NCBI GenBank assembly: GCA_016748015.1
Contig: JAAOMT010000762.1
Coordinates: 124,001 to 188,000, forward strand
Reading direction: 5' to 3'
Origin: Geosiphon pyriformis uo1
Taxonomy: Eukaryota > Fungi > Glomeromycota
Length of the DNA: 64,000 nucleotides
Positions 1-12,527 of the stretch are shown here, one piece after another. Positions within the stretch are counted from its first letter, which is position 1; each line of letters opens with the position of its first letter. Under the pieces are notes generated by a model. The model ran no database searches and was not told the DNA's origin. It worked only from the letters and a program-made list of their open reading frames with translations. The position numbers and the translations under genes are program-made.

Positions 1-3000
1 AATATGGTTTCAATCAATCTTCATGTACTGCTTTAATTAAGATTTTGTTGTTCTATCTTAGTTTATAAGCTTTATTTTTTAGAATTTTTTTAATATAAAA
101 TGATCTATTTCATTTGGAGTCAAATTTTTTATTCCATTGTTTTTTTTAGTACAATATAAGAATACTTTGTCTCCAATTCTGAATTCGATTGGTTTATTTA
201 GTAATTAGTTATTATGTTGTTTTTTCTGTTTTGCTTGTAACTTTTGTATATTATCAGCTGTTTTTTGTTTTTCATTTTCTAATGTTTCTATTAAGTTATA
301 TGTTCTTTTCAGCAATGTTTTTTGGAAATTGGCTTTTGTTATTGGTTCTGTTAAATATGTGTTGATATTTATTTCAATTAGTAATGTTGTTGTTTTACTA
401 TAAACAAGTTTAAATAATGTTGTTTGTATAGTATCTTGTTTTATTGTTCAATAAGCAAATAATACTAATAATATAAACAAATTCTATTTGTTCTGGTTTT
501 CTTGGCTGATTTTGGCCATTGCTTTATATAATATTTTATTAAACTTTTTAACTAAGCTATTTGTTTGTAAATGATATAATAATGATAATAATCTTTTGAT
601 TCCAAATCTTTGACTTAATTTTGTTAATGTTCTGTTCACAAAATGAGTTTTCTGGTCTGATAATAATTTTTTTGAACATTCATATTGACAAATTAAATCT
701 TAATAAACAAATTTGGCTATGAATTCTGTATTTGCTCTTTGAATTGTTTTTGCTTCTGGCTATTTTGTAAAATAATACATAACTACTACTATATAATAAT
801 TGTCTCTGCTAATTATTGTTAATAGTTCAACTAAGTCAATTCCAATTTGATCAAATAGTTGTTTTACTTTAATTGGTCTTAGCAGTTTATTAGGTTTTGT
901 TCCTTTTTTTCTCTAACAAGTATTATAATTTTAAACATATTAGATAATATTTGAATACATAAATGGCTAATAATATCTTTTTTTGGTTTTTTCTATGGTT
1001 GCTTTTTTATGAAAATGTCTTATTGTTGAATCTGAATACATGTTAAACAATAATGTTTCTTTTTCTAGTTTTGTAATTACTCTGAATGACTGATTTGAAT
1101 ATTTTTTGGTTTTTTAATATAGTGTATTTTGGTAAGTGATAAAATATTTTGCTTGTTGTTTTATGTTTTTTTGTTTCTTTTGAGATAAATTTTTCTTGAA
1201 CTATTGAGTATTAATATAATGTTAGAATTGTTAATATTTTTGTGTGTTTATTTTTTGTTTTAAATTTGTTATATTTGCAACAAACCATTAATATTTCTTT
1301 TTTTTTCTTTTTTTATAATATACAGTATAATTAAATAGTGATAACTCTATTTTTTATCTTGTATGACAATTATCTTCAAATTTTTGTTTTTGAATTAATG
1401 TCAATTCTTTGTAATCAATATATACATCAAACTTTTGGCTTAAGTATTCTTTCTATTTAATGACAGCTTAATAAATAGCTAAGTATTCTAATACTAAAGT
1501 TTCATAATTTTTCTTGGCTAAACTTAAATTGTGACTAGTATATGCCATTAGATGTTTTTATTCATTTGTTTTTTTTTGTGACAATACAGCTTTCAATGCT
1601 TAACCAAATACATTAATGGTAATAATAAATGACTTATTGTAATCTAGATAAATTAATACTAAAGCTTAAATAAGCTTTTTTCTTAAGATTTTAAAAGCTT
1701 TTTGTTGGGTTTCCATCTATTTATATTTGATATTCTTTACTTGGAGCTGGTAAAGTGGTTGAGCCAGTTTAGAAAAGTTTTGGATAAAGTGGTAATAGTA
1801 TTCAGCAAATTCCAAAAATGCTTTTAGTTTTATCAAGTTAATTAATACTGAAAAGTTTTTAACTATTTCAATTTTGTCTGAATTTGTTTTGATGCCATTT
1901 TTGTTTACAACATGTTCCAAAAACTTGAGTTCTGTTTTGCCAAAGAAGCATTTAGTTGTGTTCAATTTTAATCTATTTTTTTATAACTTTTTAAACACTT
2001 GTTGAAGATGGTAGAAATAATCATCAAAGGTTTTGAAGAATACATTGGTGTTATTTAAATAGACTACTACTAATTTCCATAATAATTTGGTGTAGACAAT
2101 TTTCATAAGCTGTTAAAAAGTGGCTGGAACATTGGTTAAGCCAAATGGCATAACATTAAATTCAAAGTTTCCTTCTTTAGTAGTAAATGTTGTTTTTTTT
2201 TTGTTGGCTGAATTTATGGCTATTTATTAATAACTATTATCTAAGTTCAATGTTGAAAACCATTTTTTTTCTCCAAAAGCATCAAATAATTTTTGTATCT
2301 ATGGAATTGAATAGTTGTTTCCACAAATAATACTGTAAAGCTTTTAGTAATCTACACAAAAGTGAATTTTTCTATTTTTTTTCTGGACAAATACCACTGG
2401 TAATAATTATGGGCTTATTAATAGTTGAATTAATCTGTTGTTCAACATTTTGTTGATTTTTTGTTAGATGATTTTATAGCTGGCTAGTAATATTTTGTAT
2501 GCTTTTTGTTTAATTGACATTGTATCTCCAATTTTTATCTGGTATTGGATAATATTAGTTCTGTCAAATTTATTTTCACTTGTAAAGATATTAGTGAAAT
2601 TGTTGAGTAGTATTTTGAGTTGCATTTGTTAAAGTGAGTTTAGATTTTCCAAGTTCATTTGTTTTAATTGTTTTAATTATAACAAATAACACTTTTCTTG
2701 TCTGTAAATTGTAATGTAATATCTACATATTCACAAAGCTGTGAAAAATCTAAAATGGTGGTGGATGCTTAATTCTCAACTTCAGTGCTTAAGTATTTAA
2801 TAGTAATTTCATTTGGTATTTTTATGAAGTTTTCAGTTGTGTTGTATATTAAGATTTTGATGTATTTGTTGTTCTTGATTGATATGTAAAGATTGGTAAT
2901 AGTAATCTTTCCTGATTTACAAATATTTGTTTCCACTTCAAAAATTTGGGATTGGTTTTTTACTTTTTTTTTTATAATTACTATATACTGGTTATATAAT

Positions 3001-5890
3001 AGAATAAAAATTGATTAATGAGTGGAGATAATTTCTTCCTTATTAATTGTTTTTTTTTCTGCTATATTAACTAGTATATCTATTCTATCTATTGATTCAA
3101 ATTTTTTTATTCTTCTTGCTGTAATTCTTAATTCTTTTTTTGTTCATACTAATATTAATTGAACTATTTTAACCAGAGACAGAAATATTGCTTGTGGTAT
3201 CTTTTTATTTGATTCAATTATATATCTTTTTTCTAAATTATTTTGTAGTATTGCAATAACATTTTCTATATATTTTGCATCAATTATTTTTTTTCTAATA
3301 TTAATTTTTTTTTCACTAAACTAAATTTAGAGACTAGTTAGACCATTGTTGTTGCTGGAATTTTCAGTGCTATTTTCAGATCTATACTAGTGTGTAAATG
3401 TGGTTTCAATTTGATTGCAGTTTTTCTTGAATATTTAAGATTAAACTCTGCATTAGTATTATACATACATTCTAACATAATACTTTTATCATTATTATTG
3501 AACTATTTTAGTTCTTGCTCTATTGACAAATCTAGAAACACAATATATTATTTGGAGTTGTAATTAAAGTTTGAATTATTGTTATTGTTATTGTCATTAT
3601 AAATGGAGTTGAAATCATTGTTGTCATTATTGTTGAAGTCTAAATTACAATTAATCTTTATTTCTGATTTTAATACACATTTGCTAATTGGTTCTTCTTT
3701 TTTAGTAATTAAATAGATCATATATAGTGATAAATTGTAAATAAAGTTACAATTGTCACAATATTTAAAGTTATTTAGAATTAGACAATGTTTACAAAGT
3801 CTAGTGTTTAATTATTTTAAATACTGCTTTTGTTTTTTTCTAGTGAATACTAAGTCTTGATAGTGTTTGTAAAATTGTTTTAGGTTATTTAAAATATTAA
3901 TAAAAACATCTGAGTTGGAAATAAGAATGGTTTTGACAGATTTTGATGAATTATTTTTAATTGTAAGTATTTTACTGGACAAAATGTCTTTAACTTTGGC
4001 ACTTATCATTTATCAGATTTCATCTTTATTGTGTGAGTAACTGTCTAAGTATGAAAGTGTTCGGTTTTATATGACATTGAAAGAGATTTCTTGGCTTGCA
4101 GTAATAGTGGGTACATGTCTAATAGTTTTTATCTAGTGAAATTCAAGCTTTCATAGAAGAAAGCTTCTTTTTATAATTAATGTATTTTAGTGGAATATAA
4201 GGTGGTTTTTTTCTTATATCTATAGAGTATAATTTATTCTAACTATTGATTATTTTTTCAATAGTGGTAATGGCTTCTGGCTTGTTCTCTTTTTTTTTTC
4301 TTTATTGTCCTAAGAAAGTATTGGCAGTAATTTATTGTGTTTGTCTTTAGTTCACAAAATTTAATAGACTTTTCAGGTAAGTTTTTTTTTCCTCCAGCTT
4401 AATTAATGGTTGCTTTTTTGAAAAAGCTTTAAAATGTCCACAAGTAGTTGATATTCAAGTTTGCTGACCATCTTAACTAAGCTATAGCTTTTATATAGTT
4501 CAGTTAAATATAGCATTGGTCTTGGACAGCTAGTCATTACCAATAAAAGCTTAGTATTGCATGATTTCTATCATAAAAATCTTGATGGATGCCATAATGC
4601 TATTGACTTCAAATAGAAAATCATTGATTTTATCAATAAAAATCTTAATGGCTTTATTAGTGATAATAATTTTGGTACTGGTAGTATGATTAACTTAATG
4701 ACTTAATTGGTCTAGGAGTTGTCATTTAATAATGCTGTCTGCTAAACTATTATCAAGAATTAGTTTAATAGAGTAGTTATTAACTTTAATATTAGTATAC
4801 ATAACAGTAATTGGTTTGGCATTAAGAGTGGCTCTACTAAATAATAGTGTTTCTGAGTGGGTTTCTAATTTAAAAAGAAATATAATAGCAAATAATTTAT
4901 CCTTTATAACAGTTGCTAATAGAATATTATTGGTAAATAGTTGTTAGTTGGTTTTCAAATTGTTAAATACATTGTTTTCTGAAGTAACCAGGAGACTTAA
5001 ATAGTTCTGAGAATTCAGGTTTTGAATGTATTTACTTTCTGAACTCTGCTGGTATAATCTTGTTAGTTAATTTTATGAACTGAAAATCAGTTAGTGTATT
5101 ATAATTACTGATTTCCAATTTTGTTGTATATAAGTAATTCTTGGCCTTTGGTTGCTGATTAATATTTAAATTAAGTTTTGTGATAATACTTAAATTGGTA
5201 GTGGTTGATAAATAACTTGTAACTACAGCTAATAAATAACTAATACTAAAGTTTAATATATTAAAAATAAGTATATTGGTTGTTGCATTATTGGGGTATA
5301 ATAAAATTGATATTGTTTCTGATTCTGGATGTAATTTGGAATTTGAAACTGGCAATTGGAGTTTCTATATTAGTTTCCTAATTGTTGGTTATTTATCTTT
5401 ACATAATAGTCTAATTTTAAGTGTTTTTTTTTATTACAATAGTAGCAAATATGTGCTTTTTGCTGTTACAATTAGTTGGCTAATGAGAATAATGAATGTA
5501 ATTAATTCTGGAAATAATTGGAGTTTTCTAAATTGTTGTGGTATTGTAAAAGTTGATAGATTGCCTAATTGTTAGCTAAGTATCTCTCAATTTTCTAATT
5601 GATAACTTTACCAAATTGCTTTAACTTGGTATTTAATTTAAATAATCTGTTTATTACTAAGTTAATAGCTTAGACATAATTGGCTTCAAGTTTGGCCAAT
5701 TCAAAATCTCTGGCATGTGTAACTGCATTCTGGAAGGTGTTTAAGTACATTGAATATATTTGTTGTAACAAGCTACTGCATAATCTGTGGATAAACTGGT
5801 TCAAAATTTGTGTCTTGGTAAAGTAGTTAGCTTGAATTGCTTGAATCTGGTACAGATTTTTGTGAAAGTGTCTCAAGTAAGTAGTGACTG
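1..5890 (-). mobile_element. Degenerate Ty3/Gypsy LTR retrotransposon, family A (copy A0): part of gag, protease, dUTPase, RT, RNase H and integrase; 3' part runs off the window, 5' part lost
   Basis: ORF fragments match RT (KCFFGKTELKFLEHVV, 1717-1965) and gag (AVTTYLRHFHKNLYQIQAIQANYF, 5670-5909). Colinear at nucleotide level with 22765-28990 (A1). Many stops and frameshifts. Confidence 0.92.
3085..3520 (-). pseudogene. Degenerate dUTPase domain of A0 pol
   Basis: Colinear with the dUTPase of A1/A2; decayed motifs NAEFNLKY, IIDAKYIENVIAILQN, ARRIKKFES. Confidence 0.8.
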
Positions 5891-5891
5891 C

Positions 5892-7931
5892 TTTTTTTTT
5901 TGTTAACATATAGCCACATCAGTCATTTATTAGTTATGTCCACAGTAATGTGGCATTTTCATAAAGCCAGCTTACCCAATAACACAATAACACAAGATAT
6001 GGCTAACTACAAGTGGAAAGTCCTAACTACACACTAGTACTACCTTTGCTACTTAATATATCAAACATATCTAATTCATACATCTTATTCATAATGCTAA
6101 CAAGCTTATAACTATTTTTAACCATATCACTCATCCACTTAGCAGTTCAATCAGAATTGGATTTAATACTGAAGAGTTGGTCTTCTCATAAATTTATTAT
6201 AAGATCAAAGGTAACATCATAAACAGAAAAATTTTTAACATTATTATTATTATTATTATCCATGTTATCATTATCTGATACATCTTCCAAGCAGGTCTTT
6301 TTACATTTTTTCTTGAGATGTACTATTCTCTTTTGCAACATGGAAGTAATAACAGCAAAGCCTTTATTTTGCTTAGCCAATCCAGTCACATTTTTTTTAA
6401 CAGACACATTTATGGTAGGTAAAGCAGACAGCAATTTGATAACCAAAACAACCAGCACACCAATAGATTCAACCAAAGATTTTATTAACAAAGACAGTTC
6501 ACCAAGATAGAATTGCAAAGAAGCCAACCTAGCATTAACAGCAACATTAAGACTAGAAAAGACAACAAACAGCAAAAGTGTAACACCTTTTGGGGGGCAC
6601 CAAAATCCGAATCCATATCAACAACAGCAACAACAAAAAGAACCACATAGGCAGCAGCTTTGGCATAAAATTTAGTTCTTGCAAAGAACAACTTGAATAC
6701 TTTGGGACCACCAGCAGAATTGGAAAAAAATTTAGAAGGGAGAAGTGGCAATACTTTATAGTCCACAGCCAAATGATCCAGCCTTTAACATCTATAGCAA
6801 TGGCAACATCCAGAAGTTTTGCACCAGATGTGATAGCCACACAAGATACCAGTTTTTGAAACAGCAATGTTCAAAAATTCCAAAGAATCAAAAGTAACCA
6901 CAGCAAAACATTAATGTCAGTACAACTTAGAGGAGCAAGAAATAAAACAAGTACAGCCACCAACTTGAGAGACTAAATTACTTATTTCAAAAGCAGTACA
7001 GCCAAATAAAAGATTAACCAACTTAGCCTTAAAAGCATCTTTTGAAGAAATAACATCATTTTGGTTGACAACAGAAAGAATCCTAATACTGTCTTTTCTA
7101 ACCAGCACAGACCAGTGAGTAAGAACAGCAGCAGTAGAAAAAGTGTCTTTGAAATGAATCACAGTATATTGCCATAAACCAGCAGACTTCAACTTAACAG
7201 AAGTGACAACACCAAAAACACCAAGAGCAGATTTGATGTTATCAAAAAAGATACTCAAAGGTATTTTATAAAGTGCAACTGACAAAGGAGGAAAAAAAAC
7301 AGAGACCACACCAAAAGACTGTGCAATCTTAAGAGTGGTCAAAAAAATCTCATTACCAATGACCACTTTGGTAGCACCAGTTAAACTCTTCTAAAATGCA
7401 AATTTCATACAAAACAACTTAATAGTATCTTATGAAACTGACTTAAGTCCAATACAACCAAACAGAAGCTGAAACAAGAAACTAAGAAAGGCCATCTTGA
7501 TCTTGAATATGGCATCAGGCACAAGAATAGAGACCACCCACTCAGAAAATCTTTATCAACTATTCACATTCATTCAAGCATCTCTATTAGCAACACCAGA
7601 AACTGGGGAAGGAGTAGATGATTTTATTTCTATTTGATTAGCCCAATTTTTGAGATCATTTGAAATAATAAACTGTTTTGCTTTCATGGCAGAAAAAAAT
7701 CTGCTGGAGATCACCACATCAGACAACACAGCCAGTAGTTGATTTTGTTTCATATTAAGAGTTGAGCCATTGCTATTGCCATTCATATTAAGTAGAGGGC
7801 TGGCTGCTGTTGTGGAAATCTTACCCAAGATCTCATCTGGAACCATGAAGGGTTTGGTGTGACCATAGCAGTTGTGACTGTCTGCTGCTGTTTTTTGGAA
7901 TTTTTGGCTTTTGCAGCCATTTGTGAAGCAA

Positions 7932-7964
<33 letters not shown>

Positions 7965-8340
7965 AAGTTGTAAAAGCAAGAAAGACCAACTTGTTAACTG
8001 GTCTGTTATTAAAAATCTTTGGGTTTTTAAAAGTAGTAGAAACTACATTGGGATTAACCCAAGTGTGTCTTTTGGAAGAAACTTTGACTGAAGAGAAACT
8101 ACCAATCAAAGATAAAGAAAATAAATCAGAAGCTGCTAAAGACAGCTTTTTACTAATATTTTTCAAAGAAAATGTAGCCAGAATGTTTTGTTTATCTGTT
8201 TCAATAACAGAGAGACCCTCTTGTGTTGAAACTTTATTAGTTACTATAAGAAAAGTAATGTTTGCAACTTTTTTACTTTTAGCTCTAGTCGTGATCATGA
8301 AAATTAGGAGAGAAAGAGTTTTTTTATTCCTCCCTAATAT
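5892..8340 (-). mobile_element. ORF1-only non-autonomous non-LTR retroposon (HAL1-like), copy 1
   Basis: Poly(T) at 5892-5901 is the poly(A) tail. One interrupted ORF (8298 to TAG at 6027) is homologous to the LINE ORF1 (GLWQY...HWSVLVRKDSIR vs GLWQK...KWSVLMGKDSV). About 125-nt 3'UTR, no ORF2. 5' boundary approximate. Confidence 0.85.
7933..7963. repeat. (GTA)n microsatellite encoding poly-Thr in the ORF1-like protein
   Basis: About 10 GTA units; copy 2 has only a short ACT run at the same place. Confidence 0.9.
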
Positions 8341-8344
8341 AGAA

Positions 8345-9078
8345 GCTTTATTAAAGTTTAAAGTAAAATCAACTTTGGCTTTTTTTTTTCTTGTTAAATT
8401 AGAAAAATTGATTGCTAATTCATTTATACTATGGTTATTATCAATTAGATTAAAAGTATAAAAAAGATTTTCTTCCAGTTGGCTTGTACTTTCACTTTTT
8501 GGAAATATATTTACTAATTTAAAGACTAATAAATAGTGGCTTTAACTAAAAAATTCTCTTTAAAGAAATTGATGTTGGCATGATTAGGTTTTTAATTAGG
8601 AGCATTATTGTTATTAATTCTGTTGTTCTGAGTCTTATTGTTTTTAGAAGCTAAAAAGGACAAAAGAAAATTGTTGTAATTTCTGGAAAAATGTCTAGTT
8701 AATTCACAAAAATAGCACACAAATGGGCCATGATTTTGTTGTCTTTAATAAAGTAGTTGTTGAGACTAATTAAAGCATAGTTCAAATCTGGGTTTTTGTA
8801 ATTGCTGGTTATTTCTGATTGCTTGTGCCAAAAGTTTTAATAGCCAAGCAAAATTTATTGTAAGTCTATCTATTAACTATTTATTTGGGTCTTGGGTTTA
8901 AGCAGTAAAAGAAATAGCAGCCATTTAAGAAGCAAAGACCAGAATAAATGCAGAAGCAAAAATTAGAAAAATAAATTCTAAATACATTCTTTAATTATCT
9001 TTAATTTTCTAAGCAGATTTAATGACTATGTTTATTGTTGGATTATTTTTTAAAGCCAGAAAAAGCCAAAGAGCATAT
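8345..9078 (-). mobile_element. Gypsy family B copy B1: 3' part of gag (continues at 46262)
   Basis: Colinear with B2 gag at about 43810-44495. Ends AAAGAGCATAT at the B2 LTR and resumes ATATGAAAGATCAGTTC at 46262, matching uninterrupted AAAGAGCATAGAAAAGATCAGTTC at about 44485. Confidence 0.88.
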
Positions 9079-9765
9079 TGTTAGGGATTGGAGTAATAAG
9101 CTAACAGATAGCAAGGAAGAACAGAATTGTAGGATAATAAAAGGAATCAAAGGAAATTCAACTTCAAAGAGCAAATTGAATGAGTATGGATTTAATGTGT
9201 GAGATCAGTCTTATAAAATATTTCAGTTGCTATACTTTTCAAAAGATAACCAGAGAATTTAAAAGTAGAGGGATAGTTTGTATTGTCAACAAATGATCAC
9301 ACACTGGTATAATTCTATGTCTCATATTGGTGCTCTTAGAATTCAATATCAGGTATTAGATGTACTCTTTAGTCACATTTTATTCAATAATCTTTAAATG
9401 CTGTAATTACATGTTTCAGAAAAAGAATAAAAAATAACCAACAAGTAATCTTTTATTCCAAGATGTTCAGATACTTGAAAGTAGGAAAAAGGAAATTAGT
9501 GATAAGAGAATGATTGAGATAAAAGTTGTTATTTTATTTTTTTTAATTCTTATATACTTTTTTACAGCTAAGAGATTCATTACTTATATAGCTATTAAAA
9601 GTGGTCAATAATCAGGTTAACAACAAGGTCAATGTTCATGTTAATAATCAGATTAACAGTCAGGTCATTGATCAGATCAATGATTACTATTTAAAAATAG
9701 AGTGGCTAATTATATAACATCTGTGGCTAATACATGTAATAATTAATAAAAAGTATAAGTTTCAA
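9079..9765 (-). repeat. 3' LTR of B2; its first ~8 nt and the PPT appear deleted
   Basis: Aligns with 45534-46253; diverges just before the terminal TCATAACA. Confidence 0.88.
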
Positions 9766-10550
9766 AGAGATTGAGTTCTAGCAAAATCATGTTATTTATA
9801 GTGTAATCTATTTGAAGAGTTTTATTTAACTCAAAGCTAACTAGTTTATTGAAGTCTTTTATAGATAAAGTATATAATACTTGAAGTAAAATGAGTTTTG
9901 TATCCAAGAGACCAAATCTTTGTATTAGAGTTTTGGTTCTTTTAGCAATAGTTAAAACTCTTAGAACATTTAACTATATAATGTCCAAAATTTCTGCCTG
10001 TATTTCTGAAGTTGTTTTCTTCATGAGTTTTATGTTCTCTATGATTTTTCCAAGGTGACTATAAAGTTCTAATTGCCTTCCATATAACAGATTTTTGTCT
10101 ATGGGCAAGATTTCTTGGATTGTTTTTCCAATTGTGCTAGAAGATAAGAGTATAGTAGCTAATATATTTTTCAACAAATATTTATCCATTTTGCTACCAA
10201 TTTTTTCTCTTTTGGTAGTGGTTTTCTTTGATCTAATAACAGTATATGTTCTATTATTATCAGTTATAGTAGTGGTTAGTCATATCTTTGTAATTTAGGT
10301 TATTGGGTGAGTTGGCTTTATGAAAAAGTCATGCTTTTTTGAGTGTAGCTAAACTAATAAAAGACCAGTGTAACTACATGTTAACAAAAAAAAAAATTAT
10401 CAGTTATAGTGATTTGTTTTCTAATGGTCAAAGTAGTATTTGGATAGTTTTTGATTCAATACTCATGGAGAGTATAGAAGGTGTTTTGAATGTTTTAATC
10501 CAAAAAATAATTATTCATGTTGATTGAAGATACTTTTGTTTTGGGAATAG
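9763..10550 (-). pseudogene. ORF3 of family B (post-integrase helical protein), interrupted by a 125-bp retrocopy
   Basis: ORF 9974-10189 continues in frame past one TAG: LNVLRVLTIAKRTKTLIQRFG...KDFNKL...DFARTQSL*. 5' boundary approximate. Confidence 0.65.
10271..10395 (+). mobile_element. 5'-truncated (3'UTR-only) copy of the ORF1-only retroposon, with poly(A)
   Basis: Matches 31727-31853 and the reverse complement of 5892-6010; perfect 15-bp TSD ATTATCAGTTATAGT at 10256-10270 and 10396-10410. Confidence 0.92.
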
Positions 10551-12527
10551 TCTATTTATTTATACTTGATTTTTGTTAATTATTTGGGTCAGTATTACTA
10601 CAACAGACAACCAATTAGGTCGTTTATGATATTTCTTGAGTTATCTACCATGAACAAGATGATTACTGAAAATTGTTCTAAATTGATCTTGAAGAATATA
10701 AAAACTATTGTTCAAAACTTTGTTGATTATAAAAGATTCTTTCTACTGGCTAGAAATTTTATTACTATAGACATTGTTTCTGTTTGAATGGTATTCCAAT
10801 ACCAAATCACCAACACTTAAAGAAAGTGTTTTATAGGTTTTCTTTTTCTTAAGCTTTTCTTGAAACTGTTTTATCTTTTCAAAAGCAATTATTTATGCTT
10901 CTACCAAGGAGTCAAGAATAGTATCAAGTTTTTTTTGCAAAATGTCTTTGTAATTTCTTATTGTGATCTCTTCAAAAGGTATTATCTCAATGTTAATTTT
11001 TATTGGTAGTGTTGTCATGTGTTCATAGAGCAGATAAAAAAGTTCATAACTTGTTATGTCATAATTTACAGTTCTATAAGCAAACAAAGCTAAAAGCAGT
11101 ATTTTGTTCCATAAGTTTGTTTCTTCACTGGTTTTGGCCAAGATTTTACATAGTGTTTTATTAAAACATTTTACTAAGCTATTTGTTTAAGAGTGGTAAG
11201 GAGAGGAAAGTTTATGACATATTCCTATTTTTTTACAAAGTTTTTCAACTAGTGTACTGAGTAAAGCTTTTTTTTTATCAGATAAAAGTTTTTTGGGGCA
11301 GTCATAAGAGCAGATAATATCTTCATAAATAAAATTGGCTATTAAGACTGCTGTTTGATCTGAGATGACTCTTGCTTCTATCCACTTTGTAAGATAGTCA
11401 GTAGCTGTGATAATGTATCTGTTGCTATCAGGAGTTATTGTTAAAGATCTAACAACATCTATACCAATTTTGTCAAATGGTTGGCCAACAAAGATTGGAT
11501 AGATATCTTTTTTGCAATTGGGTTTGCCTCTTTTTTGGCAGATGTCACAGGTTTTAATGTATTCAACAATGTTTTTTTTCAAGGTAGACCAATAATAGCA
11601 AGCTAAGGTTTTCTGAATTGTTTTTGTTTTTCCAAAATGTTCAGCTAATAAGTCAGTGTGCATATTGTATATTACAATTTCTCTTTCTTCAAATCTAATG
11701 ACTCTTTGAGAGCAGTCAGAATCTTTTCTGTTTTTTTTATATAATTAGTTCTGGTAAATCAAATAGAAATTTGATTATTTGCACAAACATTCTCTTTGCT
11801 GTTGAGTGTATTTTGGTGGGTATTGTCCTTTACCCAAAAATTCTATTAAGACAAAATAGTTGTTCAAGTCCATTATCATGTTTGTTTGTGAAAGAGTTAT
11901 TAATAATTAGGTTGGTTTGGTTTGAGAGATTGTACTATCACTGATTAATAAGTCTAAAGAAAACATTGGCATTTTGATAATTTGCTTCTTTGTAGTGTTA
12001 AATATCATAATCAAATTCATCCAAGTAGAGTATTTAGCAAGTTATTTATTTGTGTTCTAGCTTCTTTTTATTGCACAGCCAAACCAAGACTTGATGATCT
12101 GTTACTACTAGAAATTTTACACCAAGAAGATATTAATCCTAGTAACTAGTAGCCTAAACTACTGCTAATCATTCTTGTTTAGTAACTGAATAGTTTTTTT
12201 TTGCTGGTGTAAGAGATCTACTCGTATATGCTATGACATGTTTTCTGCCATTTTCATCTTTCTGTGAAAGAACAGCACCAAGTTCATAGCCAGATGCATC
12301 AGTGTAGAGAATGAAAGGTTGGTTCAGATTAGATTGCTTGAGAATTGGTTTAGTAACAAGTTTTTCCTTCAGAATTTCAAAAGCTTTTTTTATTTTTTTA
12401 TTTAACACATTTAATGAGTGTAGTCCAATCACTATCTAGTACATAGAACCAAACTAAGAGACTCAAACTAAACGCGATTCACACACTTTCTACATGTGGC
12501 TAGCCACTCAGACCAGACAAGGCAACA

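Noticed and set aside
7859-8461. 200-aa plus-strand ORF with poly-Val
   Set aside because: Antisense shadow of the ORF1-like frame and the (GTA)n microsatellite; it crosses an element boundary.
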